Positions 38,019-49,981 of a stretch of DNA of 64,000 nt are shown here, one piece after another. The position numbers and the translations under genes were made by a program. The DNA comes from Lingula anatina (taxonomy: Eukaryota; Animalia; Brachiopoda). Positions within the stretch are counted from its first letter, which is position 1. Every line of letters begins with the position of its first letter. The stretch spans positions 6,518,954-6,582,953 of the forward strand of contig CM120644.1 of NCBI GenBank assembly GCA_051362555.1. Direction: 5' to 3'. Below the pieces are notes generated by a model, which had not been told where the DNA came from, made no database searches, and was given only the letters and a program-made list of their open reading frames with translations.

Positions 38019-41000
38019 CATACTGTCTTCACCGGTGGGATCGTACCCACCAAAGGCATAGGCCCCGAGGCTTGCATTGTTTGCCGTTTGGAAGCAATAA
38101 TGTCCCTGCTACGTGACTCGTATGGGCCGACGGTTAATGGCGGATGCGTAGTCGTCAAACTGCTGTATAATTTGAGCTCTCTGCAGCGTGTGCGGCATGA
38201 GAAGTTGGCGATTAATATGTTCAAAGGTTTTTCGCCTTCAAGCAGTACCATTGATATTGTAGTTAGGAGCGGGTGAATGTGGTTGCTGGCCAGCCGCGTG
38301 CTAAATACTTATGTTTACCTCTGAGGGGCGAAGTGAAATTTGGGCACTGTCCAGTTCACTCTCTGTGGTTCTTCCATATGAATATCCATCTATAAAATCT
38401 ATTTAAAATATACAAAGTAAGATCGTTGACGATCCCTTCACTTCTGTATAGAATTATGTTTTCATTAAATGTTCGATAATGGTCTGTGTAGAATTCGGTC
38501 GTAAAAAATACCTCAAATAATTGAATTTGTATACTCATTTATACAGTAGTTTGTAATTTAATTTTAATTTCATGCCCAGCCATTAAACTGGATGATAATT
38601 GTACGCAAAATGTGCCTCTTCTAGCTGCGGGGAATGCAGACATTACAACAGCCTGGGAAAGGAAACAGTTGTATCTGGTGCATTTTATTGCGGAAATACT
38701 CATCAACAGATTCACTTATTTAGCACTGCTAAAGATATGAATTTTAGTGAGAAATACTCCATACTCTGAACCACTGTATTGTTCGGAACTTCCAAGTCAT
38801 CCATAAACTTTACGATTTACATCTATGTCGGTTTCATTATGCTTTATCTTCATTTTGTGCACGGATTCTTTACATTGATAATACTTTATGTGTTGACATC
38901 GGGTACAAAGTCACTTTCAGAGTGTGAATAATTAGGAAAAAGAACACTGAATTTCCTACACCTTACCGTTCCCTGCACAACAGTCACCAGTGATGGTGAG
39001 AAAAGTTACATAAAGAAGATCACTGGCTTTTTCTAGTAGCAGCAGAATTGTATGATTACTGTATTTATGCATCATGATACAGCGAGCAGAAAACACGGAC
39101 TGAAATATATACACTGTAATTTCAATTTGAACCCAAAAGAATTACAAAATAAGTGCTTAAGTGTCACGCTCTTTACATTTGGTCATATAAAATGACAATG
39201 AACAAAGAGGAGTATATGTTGGCGCATTCCCCACTATTATTGTTAATAACGTTCCAAAAAATAACCCATACCTTCCTTCTTGAAGAATTTGTCGCCAACG
39301 ATGACAATCCTTACTAACTGTCAGGTCAATTATAGGGTCATAGGTCAGAGAGGGACAGAGGTCAGTGAGGGTCAGAAGTCTCTAGGAAGATTGGTCAATG
39401 GGAAGGGATGGGATGGTACCAAGCGTTCATAATGCTTTTCACATGTTAGCATATATAAATAGCTGGGAAGTTTGACTTTGATAATGATGGACAACTTTGA
39501 GGGGGAATCAATCGCTTCGCCATCATAAAAATTTTGAAACACTTCTCATCCATTAGTGGCTTGCTTTCATCGTATGATTTCAGTGCATAGTTTATGTAAT
39601 GTTACAAATCCTAGTGAACCCATATTCATGAGGCTTGGCAGCTACAGACAATGCTAACAATTGAGACTGTTCCTCTGCATACATACTATATTGGATCTTA
39701 CGTCCTGCCAAATGTTGTCTCTCTACTGAATAAATCATGGGCTACGAGTAATTTTACAATAAAATAATTGTGTGGTTTAATTACGTCAACGTCAGCCAAA
39801 TTACAAAGGTACCAAACCCACGAGCGATGTCCAGCCCTAGGTAACTATTAGAAACATTCTTTGACTTTTACGAGTTTACAAGCTAATAATGTGTATGAAC
39901 ATAAGGACACTTTGAACCATCTTACAGAAGTGCTAATGTACCCAAAATACCTTTAATATGAATTAAATGACTTGCCTGTGAGCGTATTACGTCTACACGC
40001 CCGTCTTGCTACTAGCTGTGCCACAGCCTTTGGTACCAACTGATACATCTGAATGAGAATACAATGGATGTTCTAGCCTGCATGTTCTATGCGCTCTTTT
40101 ATTTTCCAATATCCCATAATCAGCTGCACCCCTTGTCAGTTCTAACTGTTATATAATTGAAGTACTGGTGTGCATTTAATATATTGGTTTTTTTCCACAA
40201 CGAGCTTTTTTATTTTCGAATTACCTATTAAGTAGACACTGTCTTGGTGCCAACTCTTTTTTTACGTTCATTTTATAATGCATTTTTTTTCACAAGTACG
40301 TTGCCTATAGCGTCAAGGCACAGAAAGTCGAAGATAACACACTGTCATATCATCGCCGTATTACCAACATCTCTTGCTCCTGCAGATGAAACATTCAGAG
40401 ATTCGTAAATTATAAAGATGCCTGCTCTTGGGCATGAACAAATATATGAAGTCATCAGATGATAAAGGTAAGGGTGAAGAGGGATATATACTAAACCGCG
40501 TTACATCTTTACCATAAAGAAAAACACTATGTAGACTGATGAGGACTTGTCTACTCACATATAAAACAAAAAACCATGCATCGAATTATTTAAAACCAAA
40601 ACTAATTAAGACAAACATCAAGATAAATATTCAATGCCAACTTTACTATTTCTTCGCAAATTTTTGTCACAGCAAAAACTGAACACTGTTATTCAAACCT
40701 GTTTGGTGGGTGATGTACTTTTAAAGGTTTTAATTTACATTGCACTTATGTATTTTATAGGCTGTACTTTTGCTTACAGAACATTTCCTGCAACGACAGT
40801 GCCAGGCGGTCCTCGTGTTTCGTGAAAAATGGTCCAATAAAGCAGGCATTTGAACTCGAAGGGCTATGGATCACTCCAGTAGGTTTGAAGATAATGCGTA
40901 ATACGTACGTAACACGGTTGCCAAATTTTGTCAATTTTGATATAATATTACATAATGCTTAACGGCATAATCACGACCAAAAGCTTAATTATGCATTTTT

Positions 41001-41817
41001 GTTAATGTAAGGATTTAGAAAATATAACGTATACCCTGGTGAGGTTACTATTAAAACCCTTTAGTATTAATTGACAGCTTTTTTTAAATTGAAATTGAAT
41101 ATGGGTTGAATGATTTCGCTTTGATACGGGAAGTAAAACATGTAATGGTTAAGATTTTTTTGTCAAAAACATTCCATATAAAAAATAACTTTTCTCAAAC
41201 TGGATCAAGCGCCAAGTCAAACGCTCGTTTAGATTCTTATATCTCGTACACGTCAAGAATCTGAACAGCATGCCTCTCTTGTTTCAAATATGTGGTTGAG
41301 ACCGCAGTCGTCGAGTATTGAGATGTAAAATCTATTTAACACACTTAAACTTATAAGTATCACCTCAGCGATGACTTTGATGTTTAAAACAAAATTTAAC
41401 CTCTGGGCTGTCTACTTTGCATACTTAAAAACGTACGTATCAATTTACAGTTCATCAACAAGAGCATAGGACTCTAAAGCATTTGTAATCAGAATTCGTA
41501 TAAATTCGTACACCTATCACCCGCCTCCATTAAGACAACTGAATCGGCCAGCTCTGCAGCGTGGTCCATTCAGTAATTAGCACGACTGAGAAGCAGCCAA
41601 GGTGACAAGCTGTCGTTATTGCTCTTTGGCCTCTCTTTACCGAAGGCAGTGGGCAAGCAACACCAATATGTGCCAGAAGAACAGTTGTCACACGAGACGC
41701 GTGGGGTCTATTGATAAAAAGATTTCATTAACAAACCTCCATGGCATACTGACAGATACGACATCACGCAGCAGTTGTACCATCAGTGTTCGTTTCGAAG
41801 GCGGGGCTTCGTGAACA

Positions 41818-41970
41818 TGACAGACACCCAATAGGGCGGTGTCTCTCGCTTTGACAGACACCAAATAGGGTGGGGTCTCGTCACCTTGACAGACAGCCAA
41901 TAGGGCGGGATCTCGTCACCTTGACAGACAGCCAATGGGGCGGGGTCTCGTCACCTTGACAAGCAGCCAA
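41818..41970. repeat. Minisatellite, about 4.5 x 34-35 bp (TGACAGACAGCCAATAGGGCGGGGTCTCGTCACCT)
   Basis: Seen directly. Confidence 0.9.
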
Positions 41971-43281
41971 CTGCACAGGCGTTTTAATGCCACTCCTTTC
42001 CAAATCGGAGTGATCTTTGCAGACGATTAACACTCATTAATAATCTAACTGTACTCAAGAAGTCATGCTACTCCCATCCCTTTCCAAGAAAACTCTAATT
42101 GAGAAACGAGTTTTATTTCACTTTAAAGATATCGACGTGATAGGCCCGAGGGAAAATCTTAAGATTGTCACTAAGCGGTCACGTTAGGACATTCCGGTAT
42201 ACGTGAACCATTTTATATTCATCAAATAAATGGACCAAGGGTGCAATCGACGGCTCATAAGATGGGACGTTGCAGGTGACATTTGGCTGGATATTGATCA
42301 CTTCATTAGACATTTCTCGTGGTTTCTTTATTGAACGTGGGTTGGCCGAGATGGGGCCGAGTATGGATTTTTGAACAATAATAATAATAATAATAATGAT
42401 AATCCAAAGAAATCTCAGACATAACCGACCTAGGCAAGGTGTAAAATGCCTTCTTCCCAAAGAGCATATTACCAATAGTAGCATTATGAGATTCAATGTT
42501 TTTTTCTTTCCATGTACCACCGACCCTCCCTCAATACCCATCTTAAATGCTTTACTGGAAGAAAAATACCTAACTCTTAATATATCTTGGATCATTCTAC
42601 TTGGACTCAACATAACTACTGAAGGTTAATAGGTTTATGCTACACCTTTGCCAGATTTCCCAATAAAACAAGGCTTGCACCACCGTGTAGTTGTCTTTAT
42701 GCAAGAGGGTGGCGTGTGATTCTTCTACAAATCATATAAAGCTAAAATGCAGTTGGGTCTCTTTTCGCACAGTCTATTTTAGAAATAAAACACCGGTGCA
42801 GATATGACCTTGCAGTTCACCATTTTATGCGATTTGGCCCGAAGGAAAATGCGCCAAATTTTATGTTCCCGTGTTAGGCCACGCGTGTTGCTGTTGTCGG
42901 GGTTCGCGAGATTCAGTAGCACGGATTCTATTCTTTTACGTTCTAGTTGTTTTCGTGCTTATCAATAACATAAAGATATGACGACTAAATCGCGACAGTG
43001 TTGGTAGCCAAGGATTATGATTCTGGGAGCTAGGTATGCCGCTGCTGCATTCTACTCCTCAAAGTGGAGAGGGGGGAGGTAAATTAAACAGCTTCAAAAA
43101 CTCCAGACATAGAGTGTAAAGCCGGCTGATATTGTTTATCGAGGCTTTCAACCCAACATTAACTATTTTTAAACCCAAATACATACCACGTTTAGTACGT
43201 TATGTGCCCAAGAGTGGTTCAAAAAGGGGCTCTAAAATATTTTGCATACTGCCTTGTGATACCCCCCCCCCCATACACACA

Positions 43282-43283
<2 letters not shown>

Positions 43284-43340
<57 letters not shown>
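43284..43340. repeat. (GA)n microsatellite
   Basis: Seen directly. Confidence 0.95.
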
Positions 43341-43343
<3 letters not shown>

Positions 43344-46300
43344 GCTCGGAAAGGTAAATAGAGATGTAAATGGCCCTGGATTATTGTTGGCTTGTAAGGT
43401 GACACCACTTAGGTTGTACATGTAATAAAAATATAATAGGAACTGTACGTGCGGTACCACTTTGATGAACAGTTTAAGACTTTGTCACTAACGATATGTA
43501 ACTTGGCATCTTAACACTTTTATCCGCTGTGGGGATACATTACATTGTGAATTTATCTTTGGAAGCATTTCATTGCTTACCAGTAAAAGAGATTGGAATG
43601 AAGGGTTTAAGGTTGGTTGAATTTTGAGTGTGATAAAAACAACTAACGTATCTTCAAAGCGTTAGTGGCACTTTTGTAATTGCTCTTTCATGTACCCTAA
43701 ACCGCCTCTCACTCGAGTTCCAATTTCATTCAAGAAAAAGAAAGAAGAAGGAGAAGAAAAAGAAGAAGAAATAAAATGTAATATTGAAGACGTTTTTAGG
43801 GCAATGGTTCCTCGGTGTAGGCTTCATTCGTTTTATGACATGACCTGATACACCGGCTTTAGCAGTATGCGAAGGAGAGAGAAAATCGTAAAGTAGTAAA
43901 ATGCTTATCGGTACTTATTACAGTTTAATGGATGTGTGTTTTTAACACATCGTTCTGTTTAATTAGAAGTAGGGTTATTAAAAAAAGAACAAAAACGCGT
44001 CAACGTCAGAGAGGACACACACTCGGTGAAATTGAATTGAAAAGTACGCTTTTCAAAATTAGGCTTGTATCTCGAATCTGGTCAAAGTTTTAAATTGTGT
44101 AAAAATTTTACTTCGAAAGGATTATACAAACTTTTGAGAAAATAGAACAAGTTGATTAAGTAAACAACTTTGGAAGCTAATGGGGGTGAACACATTTTTC
44201 AGAAACTCTCTGCTTTTCCACAAATATTCCAACAATAACTAATCAGCATAAAACAATGTATGGAAATTAATATGAGCCATCATTACAAAGCTTCGACCAA
44301 ATTCCCATCCAAACGTTCAGTAGGCAAAAAAGTCAGTCTAGCCCCAACGGCAATTTAATTGTTTTTTACAGCTTTGATAGTGTTTTTCGGTATCATCCTC
44401 CCATACATCACTGGTAATAATTTCAGTAAATGTCACGTATAAAACAGTTCGTGTAGGGACACCGTTTTAACGGAAGTGAACAGCGTGGCAGTACGGAGTT
44501 ACCCTGCGGTTTTATATTAGTTTGTTGTCACGAATTGCCCTAGTTGTGCATCCTGCCTGTAATACTATAATTATTACTTTATCATTTTACCATTTATTTG
44601 ATAATGGTCAAAAATTCTCCCCTTAAGGCTCAATACTTTGCGTACAGTTAACTTAAAGACGTTTAATTTCAAACCTACTTTGAATAATCATGTCTGCCTC
44701 CACATTGACTCTCTTATAGTCAGGGTGCATGACGATACCACCCTAACGTAGAGGGAATCTCGGCGTCTTTTCAGTGCCACAACATATACCGTGGCAGCTA
44801 GGCTCACGTCTTTCGAAAGGAACTTTCGCCGCTTTATTCCATTTCCCAGTCTGTATGGCTACACCCCATTAATATGCAGGCAAGGAAGCGAGCCATGAGT
44901 TATGCAACCCAACCACGTGTTTCGAAGTGTACAATCCATGCTCGAGCCGCACGGCAGGTTTCCCCCACATGATTAGTTGGTAATAACTTTTTTCTCTCGG
45001 GAAAGTTTTTTCACTGTATAAAGATTTAGCCAACTACAAAGCAAACACAATAATAATCTATACCCGTGACCACGTATATAGGATATTGGTGGGTAATTAA
45101 CAGTGGCTGCCGTGAATTTTAAGTTTTGATTTTTAAAAAATGTTTCAGCTGTTTCTATAGTTAATTTCAAAGGTCTCGTTCAGTAGTTTGTGTATACAGC
45201 CGCCAGATGGCAGAGCAGTATGCCTGTGCCTGTCTCCTAGTGTCTGTCTTCGGGAATAATCCTGAATGTTTACCTGCTGTCTCTCGGTAAATGAAAAATA
45301 TTAAAGAAACATTTCGCCATCCTGACTTCCTAAATAAAAAATAAAACTGTGGTCACTTAGGGCATGTGTTGAACCACAAGCACAAAATAAGTCTATTCTC
45401 CTTATTTAAGTATTGCAGACGCTGTGTTTTTAAAGTTCACATGGTAGGGGTCATGCAGTGCATTCTTGCATTGCGTGACAACGTTTACCCATACGATATA
45501 GCGTTATACGTCTTTAATGACTTGGAGGACACCAACAATTAACCTAGACTATGGACTCTGAGACATTACCTTCCATTTTTTCCCCATTTTTTCTACGCCA
45601 TTGTGTTTTTGTTATGCTTTTTACTTGATTGACGCAAGGCAGATACTGCTAAGTTGATAAAGACACAGCCTTTTTATAAACTGCAATTTGCTTGAATTTT
45701 ATAAGCATTGTCTTCAATTGAACTTTAAGGAAATGGGCCGAGACGTTTGTTTTACTTGGCCCCAGCATAGCCCATTTATTCTTTAAATATTTTTTTCTCT
45801 TTTGCTGTATGAATCAACCGCGTACTACAGTATAATCACAGATGAGATGTACTTTCAAACCCACATTCAAGTTTACAGACGCCAATTTAATAAATTTTCT
45901 TAAATGGAAAAGACATTTTAGTGAGCACTACAAGTGATAAGTTCAAGTATATACATGTGAAATATGCTGTGAACTTAATTTACTTGATTTAGCAAAGCTT
46001 GAATTAAGCTTGGGCTCGAAACAGGACATATCGTTTCTAACTGTGTTTTCCCAAACGCTATCTGATCATTCTTGCAATCTTAGTATGAGAGTCGTTCATT
46101 TTGAAGATAAAAAAAAATACGCCAAGCACTCGGGAAGGCCAGCCGTGCAGTCATAGTTTTATGCGCCCTGCACACGGTATATACACGTCGAATCCCTCCA
46201 GCCCCTCATCTCCCTCTGCCGACTGTCAGCGCGTTCATGGTCACATGTTTATGGACTTCTGTCACGCAATTTCAGATTTGGCGCGGCATAGAAAATAGTT

Positions 46301-47250
46301 TTTAAAAAATACATTAAGTGCGACTTTTATGAAAAGATACACAAATAAGCAGCGATACCTCATTAGCGTCGCAATAAGCATTGTACAGTTAAAACTACAT
46401 GCATTCGTGATATGGCACGGTTTGTTTTGAGTATTACATCTTTTATGTCGTAGAGGGGGAGGGTACATGAATAGTGATCGATAAATGTTCATTTGCAGAG
46501 TAAGCACAGTAAAGAGCTGACAGTGTGAAAGAAAAGTATAGATCATTCTCACAAAGTATTCAAATAGGGAGAGGAACGCATCACAGCCAAATCAGAATTG
46601 ATATTAGTTGTATTTGTGTAATATTAAAGAAACACTAGTAATGACGCCTGTACCCTGCGTTTCGTTCCAGCTTACGGTAATCTTGTTTCCCTATATGTTG
46701 TAAAGCAAATTACTTAAACTTTCACTAATTACAGATAGCAATTAAAGCGGAATCAAAAGAGTAAAAAGACAAAGAGTTATTGAGTGTAAGTTAAGTTTCT
46801 CCAAGAGTCAACAAGTGTAGAACATGTTTTTAGTGTCAGAAAAAGATGGAAAAGGTCAAAGTCAATAACAGTTAATGTGATTGGTTAATTTCATAACATA
46901 TTTTAATTTTGATCATCTATTTATCACATGATAACTGAGTTTTGGATAAGATCCAAGTATGAGTAATCCAAATAATATTTTAGATATCTTTAATTGAAAA
47001 CAAGTCTCTTAGGGATTACCTAATAAGGAAATGTTGCATAGTGACTTGCAACATGAAAAAGGAAAATATTTTGTAATCACGCAAAGACAATGGAAAAGAA
47101 AACAAGTAAGTGCGTGATCAGTACGGAATATTGAGTATAAATATTTGTGAAGTTGTATGAAGAGAGAGTCGGTGAATAAACGTTCAAAAGCTCCAAACTG
47201 CTGTCGTCATTCCTCACTATAACATATATATCTCTTTAACCTGCGGCTGG

Positions 47251-48378
47251 CAGCACACGAACGAAACGTAGTGCCTCGTTATGAAACCAGACAACTTGTG
47301 TGTTTTTATTCTCCAAATATGAAAAAAAATCAATTGAGCTAATAAATAGGCTAACGTTAAGAACGTATTATATCGTTTGTTTTATATTAATTATTATTTA
47401 AGATCATAATAATAAACAAGTCGCATTTCGATGTACTCCATGCTATGACCTTTATATAAAAATAGCAATTTTTACAAGATTACAAATTGTATCGCATTGT
47501 TTGGTTCCATTGCCTCACTTTCAAAAATTAGAACAGGCGCTCCAAAATCGTAAAACGAAGTTAAAAAATGAAGGTAAAATAAATGTTTTTCTAAGGAATT
47601 CAGACGGATTTACTTTTTACAACATAAAATCAATAGAACATTTCTAATATAAACTTTCAAAAAGACACCAGTGAGCTAATGAAATAAAATCAACCAGACG
47701 GTAAACACCGGCAGGCTTTGTCAATTTCACCAACTTGTTCATTTCAAACAGCGCACTTTTCGCACATGCGCAGTTGTTTGAAGCCTGTTCTATTGATTTT
47801 ATGTTGAAAAGTAAATCCGTCTGAATTCCTTAGAAAAATATTTATTTTACCTTCATTTTAAGGGGATTCCCATTGTATTTATAGTGTTATATGTGGCCCC
47901 AATGGGGATTTTCACACCTCCCCCACTCTTGATTAATAAAATTCTTCATCTGGAGGATTGTAAATTATATTGCAAAATACACTGAAAATCGTAGGAAGGT
48001 TAACTGCAGATAATGCTGCGAGGATATTCTTAACAGTGGGGGGACTCGGCCAATATAAAATTTTTAACTTCGTTTTACGATTTTGGAGCGCCTGTTCTAA
48101 TTTTTGGAAGCGAGGCAATGGAACCAAACAATGCGATACAATTTGTAATCTCGTAAAAATTGCTATTTTTATATAAAGGTCATAGCATGGAGTACATCGA
48201 AATGCGACTTGTTTATTATTATGATCTTAAATAATAATTAATATAAAACAAACGATATAATACGTTCATAACGTTAGCCTATTTATTAACTCAATTGTTT
48301 TTTTTTTCATATTTGAAGAATAAAAACACAAAAGTTGTCTGGTTTCATAACGAGGCACTACGTTTCGTTCGTGTGCTG
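47251..48378. mobile_element. Foldback element with about 320-bp inverted arms and a 7-bp TSD (possibly P superfamily/Galileo-like)
   Basis: 47251-47568 is the near-perfect reverse complement of 48060-48378; ends CAGCACAC...GTGTGCTG; CGGCTGG flanks both ends (47244-47250, 48379-48385). Confidence 0.85.
47565..47859. mobile_element. Inner inverted-repeat element (about 75-bp TIRs) inside the foldback
   Basis: AAAATGAAGGTAAAATAAAT...CAATAGAACA and TGTTCTATTG...TTTTACCTTCATTTT. Confidence 0.75.
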
Positions 48379-48862
48379 CGGCTGGCTCTGATTTTTACTG
48401 GCAAATATTTCACACAGAATTCCAAAAGTTCCGGGATCCTACAGATTTCAGTTTATTCTAATTTAAATGAAAATAAAACAATTTTAATCTGTTAACGGAA
48501 TTTTGGCAATGCTTGATTGACAGCCCAAGGTTTTTCCATAGATGCCAGAGTCTAAAAGGGCAGGCGGTCAAGCAAGAACTTGAGAAGTGGACTATTTTGC
48601 CTTTTTAGACATCTTGGACCCTGGATTCACACCAGAACCAGAACAAAGCACTTTGCCTGAAATTTAATTCCAGCTGAAACTCTAAGAAACCCGTTAGAAG
48701 AAATGCCTTGCCGCTTAAGAGCCCTGTTTTTTCTCGGGGTTTATCCGTGACTCTATCCTCACACCATAGCTGCCATCTATCGGTGAATTTTTACATCAAA
48801 GCAATGGACGGGACAGGTCGATTGTTTTCAACCGGTGGGCTAATTTTCCCAACTTCTTAAAC

Positions 48863-49650
48863 CAGGGCCGTAGCCTTCGGGGGGGGCAGGGGGGGGCAGC
48901 TGCCCCCCCTGGGATTTGAGGTGCAAAAAAAAAATAATCGCAAAGGTAAAAAAAATATCTGAAAGAAGGTTTGAACCAAAGCATGCAGGTTTGGTAGCAG
49001 CTGATCATGACGTTCTTGTTCCTCACAATTTGGAGTCGCTACAGCCACAGCATATTAGTGATATCATGTCCTACTATGGAAAATTTCTTCATGAGGAAGA
49101 CAACCTAGAAGTTGAAATGGAAAGTGGAAACTGTTATTTAGTGATGTTCCTAAGGATATGCGGCCAAAGGATGCAGCCCTGTGACCATGACTATTTCCCT
49201 GCACTTCGTAGGATCTTTACAATCTTCCTTGCAACACCAGTGGGCAGTGTTGCATGCGAGAGATCATTTTCAGCCCTCCGTCGTCTGAAACTATGGACAC
49301 GCACAAGCATGGGAGAGGAAGGCCTTAGCGGATTGGCTCTCTTGCTTGCCCACAGAGGAAGAAACGTTATTCCTGATCCTGAGACAATCTACAAAATGAA
49401 GTCCAATTGGCGTGTCGTGTTGAAAAAATGACTGTACTTATGGTAAAATAAACCCACAATTTCTGACTTCTGGTTGAGCAATAAATAACAGTTAAAATGC
49501 ACCAGAATGCAGTATTATACAAACAGTTTTTTAAAATTTTCCGCACCGTGGGAGGGGGACACTCCCTCCCACCCCCTCCCCCCTCGGGGCCTTCGCCCCC
49601 TCGTGTCCGCTTACTGCCCCCCCTGGCATTTTGCTCAGGCTACGGCCCTG
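48863..49650 (+). mobile_element. Internally deleted hAT transposon retaining the C-terminal dimerisation domain
   Basis: TIR CAGGGCCGTAGCCT / AGGCTACGGCCCTG; ORF 48916-49431 contains LATPVGSVACERSFSALRRLKLWTRTSM (hATC motif); 5-bp direct repeat TAAAC on both flanks. Confidence 0.9.
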
Positions 49651-49937
49651 TAAACTAATGAAAATTGACCAGATAGTGATTGAATTTGTAGGAGAGAGAG
49701 AGAGAGGGAAAGAGGGAGGGAGTGAGTGAAGGAGAGAGAGAGAGAGAGAGAGAGAGACAAGGAGAGATAGACTGCGGCGTATACTACTCAAGTAAGCACA
49801 TTGTGATATAGTTTTTAGCGCGCGGGTTTGTAAAGGGGTCACCCTACCGACATCAACACCCCCTCCCATGTGTATATGGATTTATCTATTTATTTATTTG
49901 TTTGTTTGTTTGTTTGCTTGCTTATTTATTTATCTAT

Positions 49938-49981
<44 letters not shown>

